DNA of 56,566 bases, from positions 7,757,806 through 7,814,371 of the forward strand of contig NC_068991.1 of assembly GCF_001194135.2 (NCBI RefSeq), in the 5' to 3' direction. A model generated the notes under the pieces. It worked only from the letters and a program-made list of their open reading frames with translations, had not been told where the DNA came from and made no database searches. A program made the translations under genes and the position numbers. This document shows, in pieces, positions 37,390 through 49,807 of the stretch. The first letter of the stretch is position 1. The number at the start of each line of letters is the position of its first letter. The stretch is from Octopus bimaculoides (lineage: Eukaryota).

Positions 37390-37620
37390 TCATATATGGT
37401 GCACCATGGCCCATTCTTGCAAAGAGTTATTATTGTTGGAGACAGAACCAGGTGTAGTAGGTTGGTCTGGGATTTTTTGAAGAAATTTGTCCAGTGAATT
37501 TTTGAATTTTATGGGATCCGTTTCCGTTTTGCCGTATTTTGTTATGGTATTAAAGGGAGCTGGACTGGTTGAGGTACAGTAGTTGTGACGTAATGTTATG
37601 TGCCCTGAGTTTGATTTTTG
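37390..37620 (-). mobile_element. CR1/L2-group LINE ORF2 C-terminal remnant
   Basis: LRHN...PFN..TK...FKNSLDKFLQKIPDQP..PG...NNSL motif. Confidence 0.65.
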
Positions 37621-38284
37621 TATGGGCAGATAGCACAGGGGCCAAGTCTTGGATGGGATTTTAAGATTGATGCCAACATCACTTGCGCAATATTGATGGA
37701 ATATTTTCCGCATCACACAAATGATGCCACGCTCCTAGCAGCATTAGAGAGAGTAGAGATTGAGTTTATTTTTAGTTCTCCTTCATGTGGCTCGCTCCCA
37801 GTGACCATCTTTATGGCAGCGTGTGGCTCATTATAGCTCCGTTCCTGTGAGGTTCATTACCTCTGGAGATAAGATAACAGGTGAAGTTAGACTGGGATAA
37901 GAGTCCGCTGTGAGCTGCCAGCTTCGCAGTGTTTCTCAGCGTAAGCAAGAAGGAAGAAAGAGAGAGAATGTCTTAATTCTCCTGTTTAAGTAGTCGTTGC
38001 TGATGAGAGTCTCGCTGTCATCTTGCGCATGGCAAATGGTTACAAGTGAGATCTCGCCCCTGTCTCGGACATGGTAATGGCTACCGGCAAGATCTCAGAA
38101 AATGGTGCTGGCTTCTTGTGCCTCGCTACAACTTTTAACTCATTAAACAAAATCAATTTGACTATTCCGTCAGTTAATTAATCTCCTATTGCTTTGGTTC
38201 ACCAAAGTTATGAACAAAAATACATTTTTGTTAACTAAAATACTCAAAACGGAATATGTTTCTATTTTTACTTCTTAATTAAAG

Positions 38285-38370
38285 GAAGAGGAATCGGTGA
38301 AAAGACGTCGGCTTGCTGGCAAACAAATAGTGAGAGCAATTGTACCAACATTCTTTGAACAAATTGAACG
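38285..38370 (+). CDS. LRGUK: LRGUK penultimate exon (EEESVKRRRLAGKQIVRAIVPTFFEQIER)
   Basis: taaag| acceptor, CG|gtaaat donor; provides the phase 0-to-2 bridge needed to join the last exon. Confidence 0.8.
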
Positions 38371-39076
38371 GTAAATACATTATTTAATTTAGTAATATAA
38401 AGTGATGTAGCCATCCATAGTGCCAGTCTTAGGTACATAAGAGATCCTAAGGGTATATAGTATACTCTTAGTAGAGTAAAAATAAAATAGTAGGGAGGTG
38501 AAAGCGTGGCTGTGTGGCAAGAAGCAGGCTTCTCAACCACATGGTTCTGGGTTCAGTCCCACTGCAGTGGCTTGGATGCTTTTTATGTGGTACCAAAACC
38601 CATAGAGATACTTGGCCGCACCAGTAGGACAACTAAGAGTAGAGAGGTGGTTATGGCCACAAAGGGCATGCCTGTATTTATGGGTGGCCATGACTTTACT
38701 TCACTTAGCTTGACATGTCTTCTCAAGCACAGCAAATTACCAGAAGTCTCAGTCCCTTGTCATCTCCTCTGTGAGGCTCAACTTCTGAAGATCATTTCGC
38801 ACCATTTTGTCCCATGTCTTCCTGGGTCTACTCTTTTAAAAGGTTCCCTCTAGAGTTAGAGACTGGCACTTATGCAGCTGTCCTAACCCATACGCATCAC
38901 ATGGCCACACCAGCACAATGCCAAACCATGTTTACAATCTACTTTCAATTCCCGCTTAAAACAATTTTACATGGCTTTCATTACATCCCACTTCTCCATC
39001 CCTCTAAACCTAAAACCTTGAGCTTCATCGAAAGAAATCACTATAAAAAAATAAAAGCATGTGTTTTGTATTTCAG

Positions 39077-39602
39077 GTCGTCTAGCATGGATATAGATGA
39101 AGAAGTGAGATCTCGAAGAAATTCCAGAACAGGAACACTGAAAGACTTCAAAGCATTACAAGTTATTCAGGGAGATTCAAGAGGACTACTAACAGATCTC
39201 GAGGAAGTTCCAAGTGAAATCGTGAGAAGAGCATCAATAGAATTTGAAGAATTAGAGAAATTCCACAGAGGTTCCAGGAGAGGAACAGCATTAAATCTAG
39301 AAAAAATAGTGGACATTCATGGTGATTCCAAGAGATGTTCAGGCTTTTTAGTAAATAGTGTAGAGACAAATGGAACACTGAAAAACCTGACATCTAGGCC
39401 TGACATATATATTAATGACATAAATGTTAATTATGATAAATTAACTCAATCAGTTGATAAATATGACAACAAAACCAAATATTCTGATACTTATCTTGAA
39501 GAAGTGGCAAAAGCTAAATCATTTAGTGAAAGTAATGTAACAGGTCGACTGGGTTCATCCAAGCTTTCAGTTGTGCCCCCAATACAGACTTCTACGACTT
39601 GA
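39077..39602 (+). CDS. LRGUK: LRGUK terminal coding exon (SSSMDIDEEVRSRRNS...PPIQTSTT*)
   Basis: tttcag| acceptor, open to TGA 39600-39602, AATAAA at about 39690. Confidence 0.8.
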
Positions 39603-41275
39603 TGTAATTGTTATTAAGAAAGGATAATTACTCAGAAAAAAAATCTATGTTACAAATTTTGACATTTTTTCATTGTAAATAGCATTGGCAATAAAAGGGA
39701 CTTAAAATGTGTCATATCTTCAACAATTCTTCATTCTAAAATACAATCAGCAGAATTTCTGGAGACTGGAAACGGTGATGTTTAACCTCGATTCAGCAAA
39801 GCTATGATCCTGGATTCTACATGCAAAGTTGTTTTAAATATTATGTACTTTAATGCACTAAAACACCCCCACCCCCCGCCTGTATGCACTGCTCAAATTG
39901 GAGTACGTCTAATATACATACATCAGATCTATTTTAAAACGGGGGCACCAGTATTTTCTTAACGAAACACTTTGAAACTTGGGACACTGGTAGAATGTGT
40001 CATATAAAACATCTTTTACTCTTAGTCTTCTTAACAGAAAAAAGGAATTTGCAAGTTATTCCATGTTAAAGTTGTCGTATTTCTGTAATTTCAACCAATT
40101 ACTGACGTCTATTCAGCTGAATAGAGTTACTGCTGGGCGGTCATAAAAATGTTATTCCCTGTGACATATTTCATCCGGTTTAATCGTAATTTATACGCAT
40201 ATATTGTTTATNNNNNNNNNNNNNNNNNNNNNNNNNNNNNNNNNNNNNNNNNNNNNNNNNNNNNNNNNNNNNNNNNNNNNNNNNNNNNNNNNNNNNNNNN
40301 NNNNNNNNNNNNNNNNNNNNNNNNNNNNNNNNNNNNNNNNNNNNNNNNNNNNNNNNNNNNNNNNNNNNNNNNNNNNNNNNNNNNNNNNNNNNNNNNNNNN
40401 NNNNNNNNNNNNNNNNNNNNNNNNNNNNNNNNNNNNNNNNNNNNNNNNNNNNNNNNNNNNNNNNNNNNNNNNNNNNNNNNNNNNNNNNNNNNNNNNNNNN
40501 NNNNNNNNNNNNNNNNNNNNNNNNNNNNNNNNNNNNNNNNNNNNNNNNNNNNNNNNNNNNNNNNNNNNNNNNNNNNNNNNNNNNNNNNNNNNNNNNNNNN
40601 NNNNNNNNNNNNNNNNNNNNNNNNNNNNNNNNNNNNNNNNNNNNNNNNNNNNNNNNNNNNNNNNNNNNNNNNNNNNNNNNNNNNNNNNNNNNNNNNNNNN
40701 NNNNNNNNNNNNNNNNNNNNNNNNNNNNNNNNNNNNNNNNNNNNNNNNNNNNNNNNNNNNNNNNNNNNNNNNNNNNNNNNNAAACACAGACACACACACA
40801 TACATATACACACATATATGACGGGCTTCTTTCAGTTTCCGTCTACCAAATCCACTCACAAGGCTTTGGTCGGCCTGAGGCTATAGTAGAAGACACTTGC
40901 CCAAGGTGCCACACGGTAGGACTGAACCCAGAACCATGTGGTTCATTAGCAAGTTACTTACCACACAGCCACTCCTACACCTATACAATGCAAGACCTGA
41001 TACCGTTTGATTGACCCAGAATAAACTTAGGAACTTGAGCATATTGAACAAAATGCTTAGCAGCATTTCTTCCACCACTTTACATTCTGAGTTCAAACTC
41101 CACCTAGGTTAACTTTGCCTTTCATTTCTTCAGGATTGATAAAATAAAGTACCAGTCATATACTGGGGTCGATGTAATCAGCTCAAAAGTTGCTGGCCTT
41201 GAAATTGTGGGTAGATGGACAATTCGTTGACAGACAGTTGGCCAACAGACAACTTACAGACAGGACAATTGTGTG

Positions 41276-41401
41276 GCATGGTGCAGAGTCCTGTTGCCAG
41301 ACATAGGGTGTTCCAGCAGCCACCCTCTTGACCCAGGGCAGCACAACCTCCTCCAGGCACTTGATGTAGGCCTCTGTGTTGAGTCTGAGGCCGTGTGGGA
41401 A
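41276..41401 (-). mobile_element. Tc1/mariner transposase fragment (second catalytic Asp)
   Basis: FPHGLRLNTEAYIKCLEEVVLPWVKRVAAGTPYVWQQDSAPCHT. Confidence 0.8.
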
Positions 41402-42490
41402 TCGTCGACGAATTGTCTGCACGTAGAAATTCTATAAATGACTGGAATCCCATTCTGGAGGAATAGTGTAACCTCAGTCACTTACAGCAGATAACCTGCC
41501 TCATGAGTCCTAGGGGCTTGACAAAAAAAAAAAAAGCAAAAGTTAAATTATATGAAAGGCAGAGCTCAGGTGAGCTGAACCAGTAGTTGGGTGTTAATGT
41601 TACTGCTCGAGAAAACATGTCAAGCCAAGTGAAATCATAGTTGTAGCTGATGCTGATGTCGTAAGTGGCACGTAAAAAGCACCCATTACACTCTTGGAGC
41701 ATTTGGTGTTAGGAAGGGCATCCAGCCATAGAAACCATACCAAATCAAACTGGAACCTGGTGCAGCTCTCCGGCTTACCAGCTTCAGACAAAGCGTCCGA
41801 CCCTTGCCAAAAACGCTTTCCTTAGAAAGCGGATGTTAAATGATGATAATGGCGATTGATGTTTACAGGAAAGCAATTGTATTGACGTAGTCATGAAGGC
41901 TTCAGATAACTCTGTCAAATGTAATGCTTATTTATTCACATTGTTTTGAATGAATCATATATTATCTTGTAGCTTCAAGGTTTCAATGACGTGATAGTAT
42001 ATTTTTATCTGATTTTGTTGGGTAGGTGTGAGAGGCTAAATTTGGCCAGTTTTTGTATAAAACACATGGGAAATTAGGGCTAGTTACAGCCAGTTTAAAT
42101 GCTAAAGGGTTAAGGTAAGTGGAAGGACATGAATATATGGGAACAAATAATCAAATCAGATCTAAAAATGATGGGCTGTGCAGATGAGATGAAAAAATTT
42201 TGGAACAAGTGTTAATGTGATACCTGGCTGACACATCCAACCCATTATCAACAACAGAAAAACAAACAGCAAAAAAAAAGTGTTTAATTGATGTAACTAA
42301 TATTTTAAACACCAAAGAAACTCTAACTTGGAAATTGAGATGTTTTTTTTCATCACAATTCTTTTGTGATGTATTTTAAGTAGAATACATAAATCACATT
42401 AAACACAAAGGTTAGTAAATTAATTTACATTTGTAATTAATTTAGATTTTTAATTTTAATAAATTTGTAGAATCTATTTAAAGGTTCTTT

Positions 42491-44749
42491 TCAAAGTAAA
42501 TTCATTTTTCTTTGTTTTAAAACAAATTTCTCAATAATATTTTGATATTTTTCAATCACAGAGGATTGCAGTCCATGACACCGAGAAAGAACGTGTTTAG
42601 TTGTAAAGTCTAATGAAGGTTTCGATGTAGAGGGGTTATTTTCAACTGGGTTTTTATCCTGTTCAATAAAACTAGATACCAGCCTCTGACGTTGATTATT
42701 ATACTGCTTTGTCATTTTACAATTTCCATTGCTTGACAAAGCGCACAAATTGGAATAAAAACTTCTCGGTTCAATCCTAACGTTGTCGACTTCTTTGGGT
42801 CTCTTAGAGAGTCTAGAATAGTCTTTTAAATGTTGCCCAACAGAAAATGGCCGCTTGCGTTTCTTTGAAGAAACACTTTCTTTTTTACCTGTGTTTTCCT
42901 TTACTACACCTGGTTCGTTTAAATCATATATTGTCGACATATTACTGTCGGATGATGAATTGCCACAATTTACAGATTCAGCAACCAAGTTTTCTGAATC
43001 ACGTATTATTTCATCATCAATGTCCTCAGTTTCTTTCTCTCTTTCGTCTAAATTATTGTTTACTGAGACTTCATTTAACTGTTCTAGCATTGGTAACTGC
43101 TCTCTGCAGTTTGCAGCAGTTTTTGATATTTTAAAAGGCTTTTCTGACCGTTTGCCATTATTTGCATTCGTTCTGCAAATATTTTCAATTACATTTAGAT
43201 CAAAAAGTGGAACTGAAGCCTCCTGTTCTTCACTATTATCAGAAGACTGTTGCGACTGATTTTCAAATAAAGAAATTTTTTCAGCAAAATTTTCTTTTGA
43301 AGAATCAGGTATTTCTGAATTCCTTCCAATGAATTTGTTTTGTTTATTACTCTTAGTTGGAGTCTTCATAATTGAAATTCCTGTTACTATATCTTGTATG
43401 TCACAGTCAGAATTCCTGTTTACTATATTTAGGGAAGACATTTGTAAAGCTTCTACAGTCTTACTATTAGAATCAGTTTTAGAACTGTTCGGAGAATTCT
43501 CTGAAACTGATGTAATATTTTTATGGTTTTCTTCATTTATTTTTGGTTCTAAGTGATCGCTTTTCTCTTTTGGGTTTTGAGATGATTTTATGGGAGATTC
43601 AAAAACAACTCCTTTGGGAATACGACGTCTTAGGACAGATCTTTGGATTTTCTTTTTTACAGCTGATGACCAAATTTTTTTGGCATTATCTCCAGGAATA
43701 GGTAGAATGGGGTTTTTGAGAAAAGTTGGCATGGTATATTTTTTGATGGGACTTGTGGAAAGGTATTGATTAAAACAACTCATATCTGCACGATGAGACA
43801 GTGAAATTTTAAATGGTCCTTTTGCGTTTGCACTAACAATTGGAATTATTTGCTTGGGATTAATTCTTTTAACAAATTCTACAAGCTCTGGGTATGAGCT
43901 ATGATCTGAATAAGGTATCACATAGATATCATTTTGGTTGCAATATGGAGAACCATCAAGCCCTTCATAAAGTGCCGTTGGAAATATTGCAACTGTTGGT
44001 TTTGCTAATTTATCTAAATACTTCTCTGTTACTAAGTAAAACGGAACAACTCGTAGTCGGCATTCGTGTTCAACAGTATCAATTTGAAAAACATCAGGGG
44101 TTTCAATAAGTTCAAAATATTCAAACATTTTCTGAGGTACAGCAATAAATTCCTGAAAATGCTTTGCAATTTCAATGAGTAAATTTGGTTTACCTAAACT
44201 GCTCATACCGAAAATGATATCATGTCCTGGATAATAGCTGATCAATTCCATAATCCAGTCTGTTGCTTGAGTACGAGTTTGAAACTTACATTTTGGATCA
44301 CAAAAAGTATTGTCAAGATATAAAGTATCGACACTATAGTTAAGTGAAGACAAATAAGAGTCAGTTATTACCTTGGGTTCATATCGAAAGTCACCAGTAT
44401 AAAGCATACAACCAAAGTAACCTTGAAATAAGAGCATAACTGACCCAGGACAATGATTAGCATCAATTGCTACGACAGTAACTATTTCAGAATTTGTAGA
44501 GTCGATGGGAATTAAAACCGGAGTGTCTAGCTCCAAGGGGTGAATTAATTCTTGAGCAATACTAAATTTTTTACAAATGAGGTCTCCTGTTACTTTGGAG
44601 CAGTAGATTGGTTGATTCCAAGAAGATGTGAGGCCGACTGTATGGTCACTGTGAAAATGTGTCAGGAAAAATAGTTTAGCATCAGGACATTTACGAATCT
44701 GCCAGAAATCCACAGCAATGGGAGTACCTTTAATAATGTGTCCATTCAT
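42491..44749 (-). CDS. DCLRE1B: 5' exonuclease Apollo/SNM1B (metallo-beta-lactamase + beta-CASP), 752 aa, single coding exon
   Basis: MNGHIIKGTPIAVDFW start typical of Apollo; motifs HFHSDH, DANHCPGS, YTGDFR, LYLDNT, PYSDHSS. A 3' splice site (ttttcttttggttccaag) lies 9 nt upstream of the ATG, so the 44782 ORF start is intronic. Confidence 0.95.
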   Translation of the reverse strand: MNGHIIKGTPIAVDFWQIRKCPDAKLFFLTHFHSDHTVGLTSSWNQPIYCSKVTGDLICKKFSIAQELIHPLELDTPVLIPIDSTNSEIVTVVAIDANHCPGSVMLLFQGYFGCMLYTGDFRYEPKVITDSYLSSLNYSVDTLYLDNTFCDPKCKFQTRTQATDWIMELISYYPGHDIIFGMSSLGKPNLLIEIAKHFQEFIAVPQKMFEYFELIETPDVFQIDTVEHECRLRVVPFYLVTEKYLDKLAKPTVAIFPTALYEGLDGSPYCNQNDIYVIPYSDHSSYPELVEFVKRINPKQIIPIVSANAKGPFKISLSHRADMSCFNQYLSTSPIKKYTMPTFLKNPILPIPGDNAKKIWSSAVKKKIQRSVLRRRIPKGVVFESPIKSSQNPKEKSDHLEPKINEENHKNITSVSENSPNSSKTDSNSKTVEALQMSSLNIVNRNSDCDIQDIVTGISIMKTPTKSNKQNKFIGRNSEIPDSSKENFAEKISLFENQSQQSSDNSEEQEASVPLFDLNVIENICRTNANNGKRSEKPFKISKTAANCREQLPMLEQLNEVSVNNNLDEREKETEDIDDEIIRDSENLVAESVNCGNSSSDSNMSTIYDLNEPGVVKENTGKKESVSSKKRKRPFSVGQHLKDYSRLSKRPKEVDNVRIEPRSFYSNLCALSSNGNCKMTKQYNNQRQRLVSSFIEQDKNPVENNPSTSKPSLDFTTKHVLSRCHGLQSSVIEKYQNIIEKFVLKQRKMNLL

Positions 44750-46450
44750 TATGGTTTCCTTGGAACCAAAAAGAAAAAACAAATGAAATTAGAAAAAAAT
44801 AATGAATGAAGAAATACTTAAGCAAATAAATAGGATTAAATTATTTTTACTTAATGATTTTTACTTAATGATTAAGAAAGTACAAAATAAACAAACGAAG
44901 TTAGTTCAAGTATGCTTAAGACGTACGTTAACTTCTAAACACAACTTCACTGCAGCTAACCGTGGAGAAAAATTTCTTAGTTATAGTAAAAGTGTAAACA
45001 CACCATTGTCAGCTCAGTGGTGTCCTCTGTTGGACCCCTTGATGCATTTCTGGCTCATTATGACTTCAGTTGAGGTTACCAAAGAAAGATAGTCCTGAGC
45101 TGATCAGAAAGCCATAACTTTATGAGTCGGTCAATACTTGTGACTGATTTGCATTTGCAGACTACTCAGTCAAAATAAATATCTAATATTAGTACAGAGC
45201 AGTGATGAGAAACAAACAAACTTTAGATTACTTCAAATATGTTTGGGACATATTTTAACTTCTAAATGCAACTTCACTGCAGTTAACCATAGAAAAAAAT
45301 TACATGCTTATACTTATGTATTTATTTAGACCGGGGGTGGGGTCTGAAAGCATAAATTAGTCACTAGTATTAATAAAGCTGCTATGTCTTTCTTGTCTGA
45401 TACTAACTTAAAAGCCGCACTCCATGTGGACTTTTAAGCTAGCTCCTGCAGCGGGCTAAATAGGTTTGCAGCCCAAAACTAACGAGTGCTAAATAGCTTG
45501 ACTATAAAAATGTCTATAGTAACTATGTGGCCTGGTGGGTTTGATCAGAGGTTAAGGACAGATGAGAAATAATTCTGTAATGCAATCATTCTATTGTTCC
45601 AGTCCCAAGTTGAGCTCCAACTGCTGGCCAATTTGTCCCAAAGTTCTAATCTCGACATAAAATTAATGAAACGAATGTCATTTATCTCCCTCTTGAACTC
45701 TGACATCATCTGACAAACACCAACGAAGATGGTGTGAATCAGCCAAGCTTTACCTGCTAAAAATGTTATAACAAAAATATCTATTTTTTCAGAAAGTTAC
45801 GAGGAATCGAAGTCAAGTTGTGTGAATTATCCGAAATTTCTCTCCCCATCTCAGAAAATGTTTCCACAAATAACCATCTGAAACGTATCTCTGGAAAATT
45901 TCATTGCAAAAATAAAAAAAAGGCATTTTTCAAAGGGTTATGAAAAATAACGAAATCGACAGAGGAGGAGGAACAGATCTGGGTTACACCGAAAATTGTA
46001 AAAGCCTATGTTTATATCAATACTTTGACAAATTGTTTTCTGGTTTGCACGCGACAATCTCTTACGCAATGTTTAGCTTTAATCCATTAATATTGTATTT
46101 TATTTTTATTAATTAAAATATTTAACTTTTTCAAAAGCAACAGTTAAGCATTTATTTATTCCGTTCGCTTCCTCCGAATATCCAAATCTATTTTCGTATT
46201 TTCACGAATTGTTTTGGTTTTATTGTCAAGCTTGCAAAATATATACCAAAAGCCAAATATCGCCAATCTTTTTCTTTTTTTCTTTTATCATTTGTTCTTA
46301 ACTTGACAAAAGTCGAGTGGAACTGTTAGAACTGAATTTTATACAATATATGGTAAACAGAATTATAAGCCTTATCCTATTTACAAAATTTCAATCACCA
46401 CCGTTTCCTATTTCACGCAGAATTCGCACATCCAAATATATATATATATA

Positions 46451-46657
46451 ATGTAAAATACAGTGTACATTTAATACACATTAGAGATGCCCATAAAAGG
46501 ACATCTGACCCGCTAGAAAGAACAGCCAAAGCTCTACACCACAAAATAGGGATAATTTCCATATTTTGTGGTAGAGCTTTGGCTGCTCTTTCTAGCGGGT
46601 TAGATGTCCTTTTATGGGCATCTCTAATGTGTATTAAATGTGCACTGTATTTTACAT
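46451..46657. repeat. Near-perfect hairpin, ~96-bp arms and 13-nt loop
   Basis: 46451-46548 vs 46562-46657 reverse-complementary with 3 transitions and a 2-nt indel. Confidence 0.9.
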
Positions 46658-48139
46658 GAATAATATATAGTCTGTTGACTAATTACACCACTGGTAGTAA
46701 ATTAAATTTCTTAATTTTTTGCTACTCTTAGACTTATACATATTTATATATATATATATATATATATACATAATACGTACACACATTGAGAAAAGGTGTG
46801 TTTATGTTTCAACAGTATTCACTTAATATCTCATCTTTTAGCTCATTATTTATAATAGCTTACAGTAAAAACTCTTAACAAATATTAGCTAAAATAAAGT
46901 ATTATATTCCGTAAAATCCTTGACAAAACATAATTCAACTGATACTAGAGATATAGGAAGACAGGAGCTTAGGTGTAAAACTGGTTGTTTACCTTTCAAA
47001 TAAGTGTATCAACGTTAAGTCTCCAGATAAACATATTTACAATAAGCAAAACAAGGTTTNNNNNNNNNNNNNNNNNNNNNNNNNNNNNNNNNNNNNNNNN
47101 NNNNNNNNNNNNNNNNNNNNNNNNNNNNNNNNNNNNNNNNNNNNNNNNNNNNNNNNNNNNNNNNNNNNNNNNNNNNNNNNNNNNNNNNNNNNNNNNNNNN
47201 NNNNNNNNNNNNNNNNNNNNNNNNNNNNNNNNNNNCCCTAAATTCTTCATTTTAACTTTTTTCAGAAATTTTTTTTTTTTTTTTCAAAATATACGGAAAA
47301 ATACGGAGATTATGATTTCGAAAAAAATTTCCAAAAATTTTTCTAATTAGGGATAGGATTAGGGTTAGGGTTGGGTTACAGAAAAGAGTGAAAAATGAAG
47401 AAATTGGGTGGGAGGAGTAGCGGAAAAAATTTCAAAATTCTGGTTTTTGGCAATTTTCAGGAATCTCCGTATCCGAAAAGGTAGGTTTTTGGGAAAAAAA
47501 AATTTTTTTTTAAATTTGCGAGAAAATGGGTCGTTGGGGGTCGAAAGGAAGTCTTTCCATGGCTAACTATCAGGTGGGCCTTACAACAAAAAATTTTCTG
47601 TTAGGCGCGCCATTCAGAAAGTCCCACAGGCCACACGTTGGCTATGGCTGCTCTGCGCAATCTACAAAATTGTGCATTGACTCCTCTTTTGAACTATGGT
47701 CTTCCCCCTATAGCAGACAGAGCATATATCATAATCATCATCATCGTTTAACGTCCCCTTTCCATGCTAGCATGGGTTGGACGATTTGACTGAGGACTGG
47801 CAAGCCAGAAGGCTGCACCAGGCTCCAATCTGATTTGACAGCCTTTTTCATGAAGTATTAATTTCAGTATCAGCAGTTGAACTGTTAATGCAACCATGAT
47901 GTTTTAATGGTCTGATGACCTAGCTTTCTTTATTTGCATTAATTTGTGAATATACAATTGTATTGTATAATGCATGAAGAATGTTTGAAACAGCTGTAAC
48001 CTTATAAAAGCTACATGGTTAAATGGATCTATATTCACCTCTATCACCTCCTGACTTTATATGTTTTATATGCTCCTCACAGAATAGTTCCATTGTACGG
48101 ATTTTCTGGGTTTTGAGTTACATAGACACTTCATATTAT

Positions 48140-48654
48140 ATTACTCTACTTCGCCTGTCTTTACGTTCTGAGTTCAAATTCCGCTGAGGTTGACTTTGCT
48201 TTCCATCCTTTCGAGGTCGATAAATTAAGTACCAGTTGCGTACTGGAGTCGATCTAATCGACTGGCCCCCTCCCTCAAAATTTCGGGCCTTGTGCCTAGA
48301 GTAGAAAAGATTATATTACCCTATTTTTTGAAGGCGGTGAGCTGGCAAAATTGTTAGTATGCTGGGTAAAACGCTTAGTAGCATTTTGTCCGTCTTAAAG
48401 ACGTTCTGAGTTCAAATACTGCCGAGGTCGACTTTGCCTTTCATCCTTTCGGGGTCAATAAACTAAGTACCAGTGGAGTACTGGGGTCGATGTAATCGAC
48501 CAGTCTCCTCCCTCAAATTTTCAGGTCTTGGAACTATAGTAGAAAGGATATTATATTATCCTTCTTTTTGAATCGTTAGCACGCCAGGAAAAATATTAAG
48601 CGGCATTTCGTCCGTCTTCGTGTTCTGAGTTCGAATTTTGCCGAGGTTGACTTT
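48140..48654 (+). mobile_element. Three head-to-tail family-B SINE copies ending in an N-gap
   Basis: Repeated gttctgagttcaaat..gccgaggt.gactttgcctttcatcctttc unit three times. Confidence 0.8.
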
Positions 48655-49807
48655 NNNNNNNNNNNNNNNNNNNNNNNNNNNNNNNNNNNNNNNNNNNNNN
48701 NNNNNNNNNNNNNNNNNNNNNNNNNNNNNNNNNNNNNNNNNNNNNNNNNNNNNNNNNNNNNNNNNNNNNNNNNNNNNNNNNNNNNNNNNNNNNNNNNNNN
48801 NNNNNNNNNNNNNNNNNNNNNNNNNNNNNNNNNNNNNNNNNNNNNNNNNNNNNNNNNNNNNNNNNNNNNNNNNNNNNNNNNNNNNNNNNNNNNNNNNNNN
48901 NNNNNNNNNNNNNNNNNNNNNNNNNNNNNNNNNNNNNNNNNNNNNNNNNNNNNNNNNNNNNNNNNNNNNNNNNNNNNNNNNNNNNNNNNNNNNNNNNNNN
49001 NNNNNNNNNNNNNNNNNNNNNNNNNNNNNNNNNNNNNNNNNNNNNNNNNNNNNNNNNNNNNNNNNNNNNNNNNNNNNNATGCAAACAGGAAAAATTGAGT
49101 ATATGTATATTTTTATTAATATTTAGCAGAAGTGCAAGAGTGACTCAAGGTCCGAGAGTGTTGTGCATTGGCATTCATATATGTTTGTGAAGTTTAGCAA
49201 AACGTGAGGAAAGCTAAGCTACTATAGAAGTTCTTTATATTACTGCCATAATAGAACTATTTCTCAAACCTAACTACAACTATCTAATAAGTTCGTTTAA
49301 ATAACAGTTGTACCTACACACGCGCGCGCGCACACACACTGATACAGAGGGGAAAAATTAACGAAAGCGGGACGGGAGAACGTAGTTAGCAAAATGAATT
49401 AAAAAAAACAAAAACGTCATTGGGCTTATGGTCTTTTTTTAAAACATAAATTTCGAAAGATCAAATTCACTCTGACAGACATATTCACTGAGTATACTCT
49501 AAATACTATTTTATGTTTAATAAATTCCTGTTTGATACAGACTGTGTTACCTAAAGATGATTAAGGTAACATTTTCCAAATAAGAAATATAGATACGTTG
49601 TGCAAGTGCTTATTATATGCACTTAGGCGTTGAGCTCTATTCGCGGAATGTATGTTTATATTGTAAATAGTCATATTTGAGCTCTATAGAGAAATGGAAA
49701 GAAGCCGAATTTCAAAGTGATAATGAAGAAACCTTCAAATAATTCATTCAGATTTATAATGTCGTTTATTGATGGAAGTTTGGTAAAAAACGAACAGAAA
49801 TTCCGTG

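Noticed and set aside
37860-38225. Solo-LTR-like GC-richer segment in an LRGUK intron
   Set aside because: No defined TG..CA ends, TSD or second copy visible.
38814-39076. 5' part of the 262-aa ORF
   Set aside because: Intronic, overlaps repeat sequence; real coding starts at the acceptor at 39077.
40149-40886. Long ORFs spanning N-runs (also 4341-4934, 46985-47350, 48596-49126)
   Set aside because: Artefacts of gaps translated as X.
44750-44782. Extended Apollo N-terminus MFFLFGSKETI from the ORF track
   Set aside because: Starts at TTG inside a polypyrimidine tract/acceptor; the homologous start is MNGH at 44749.
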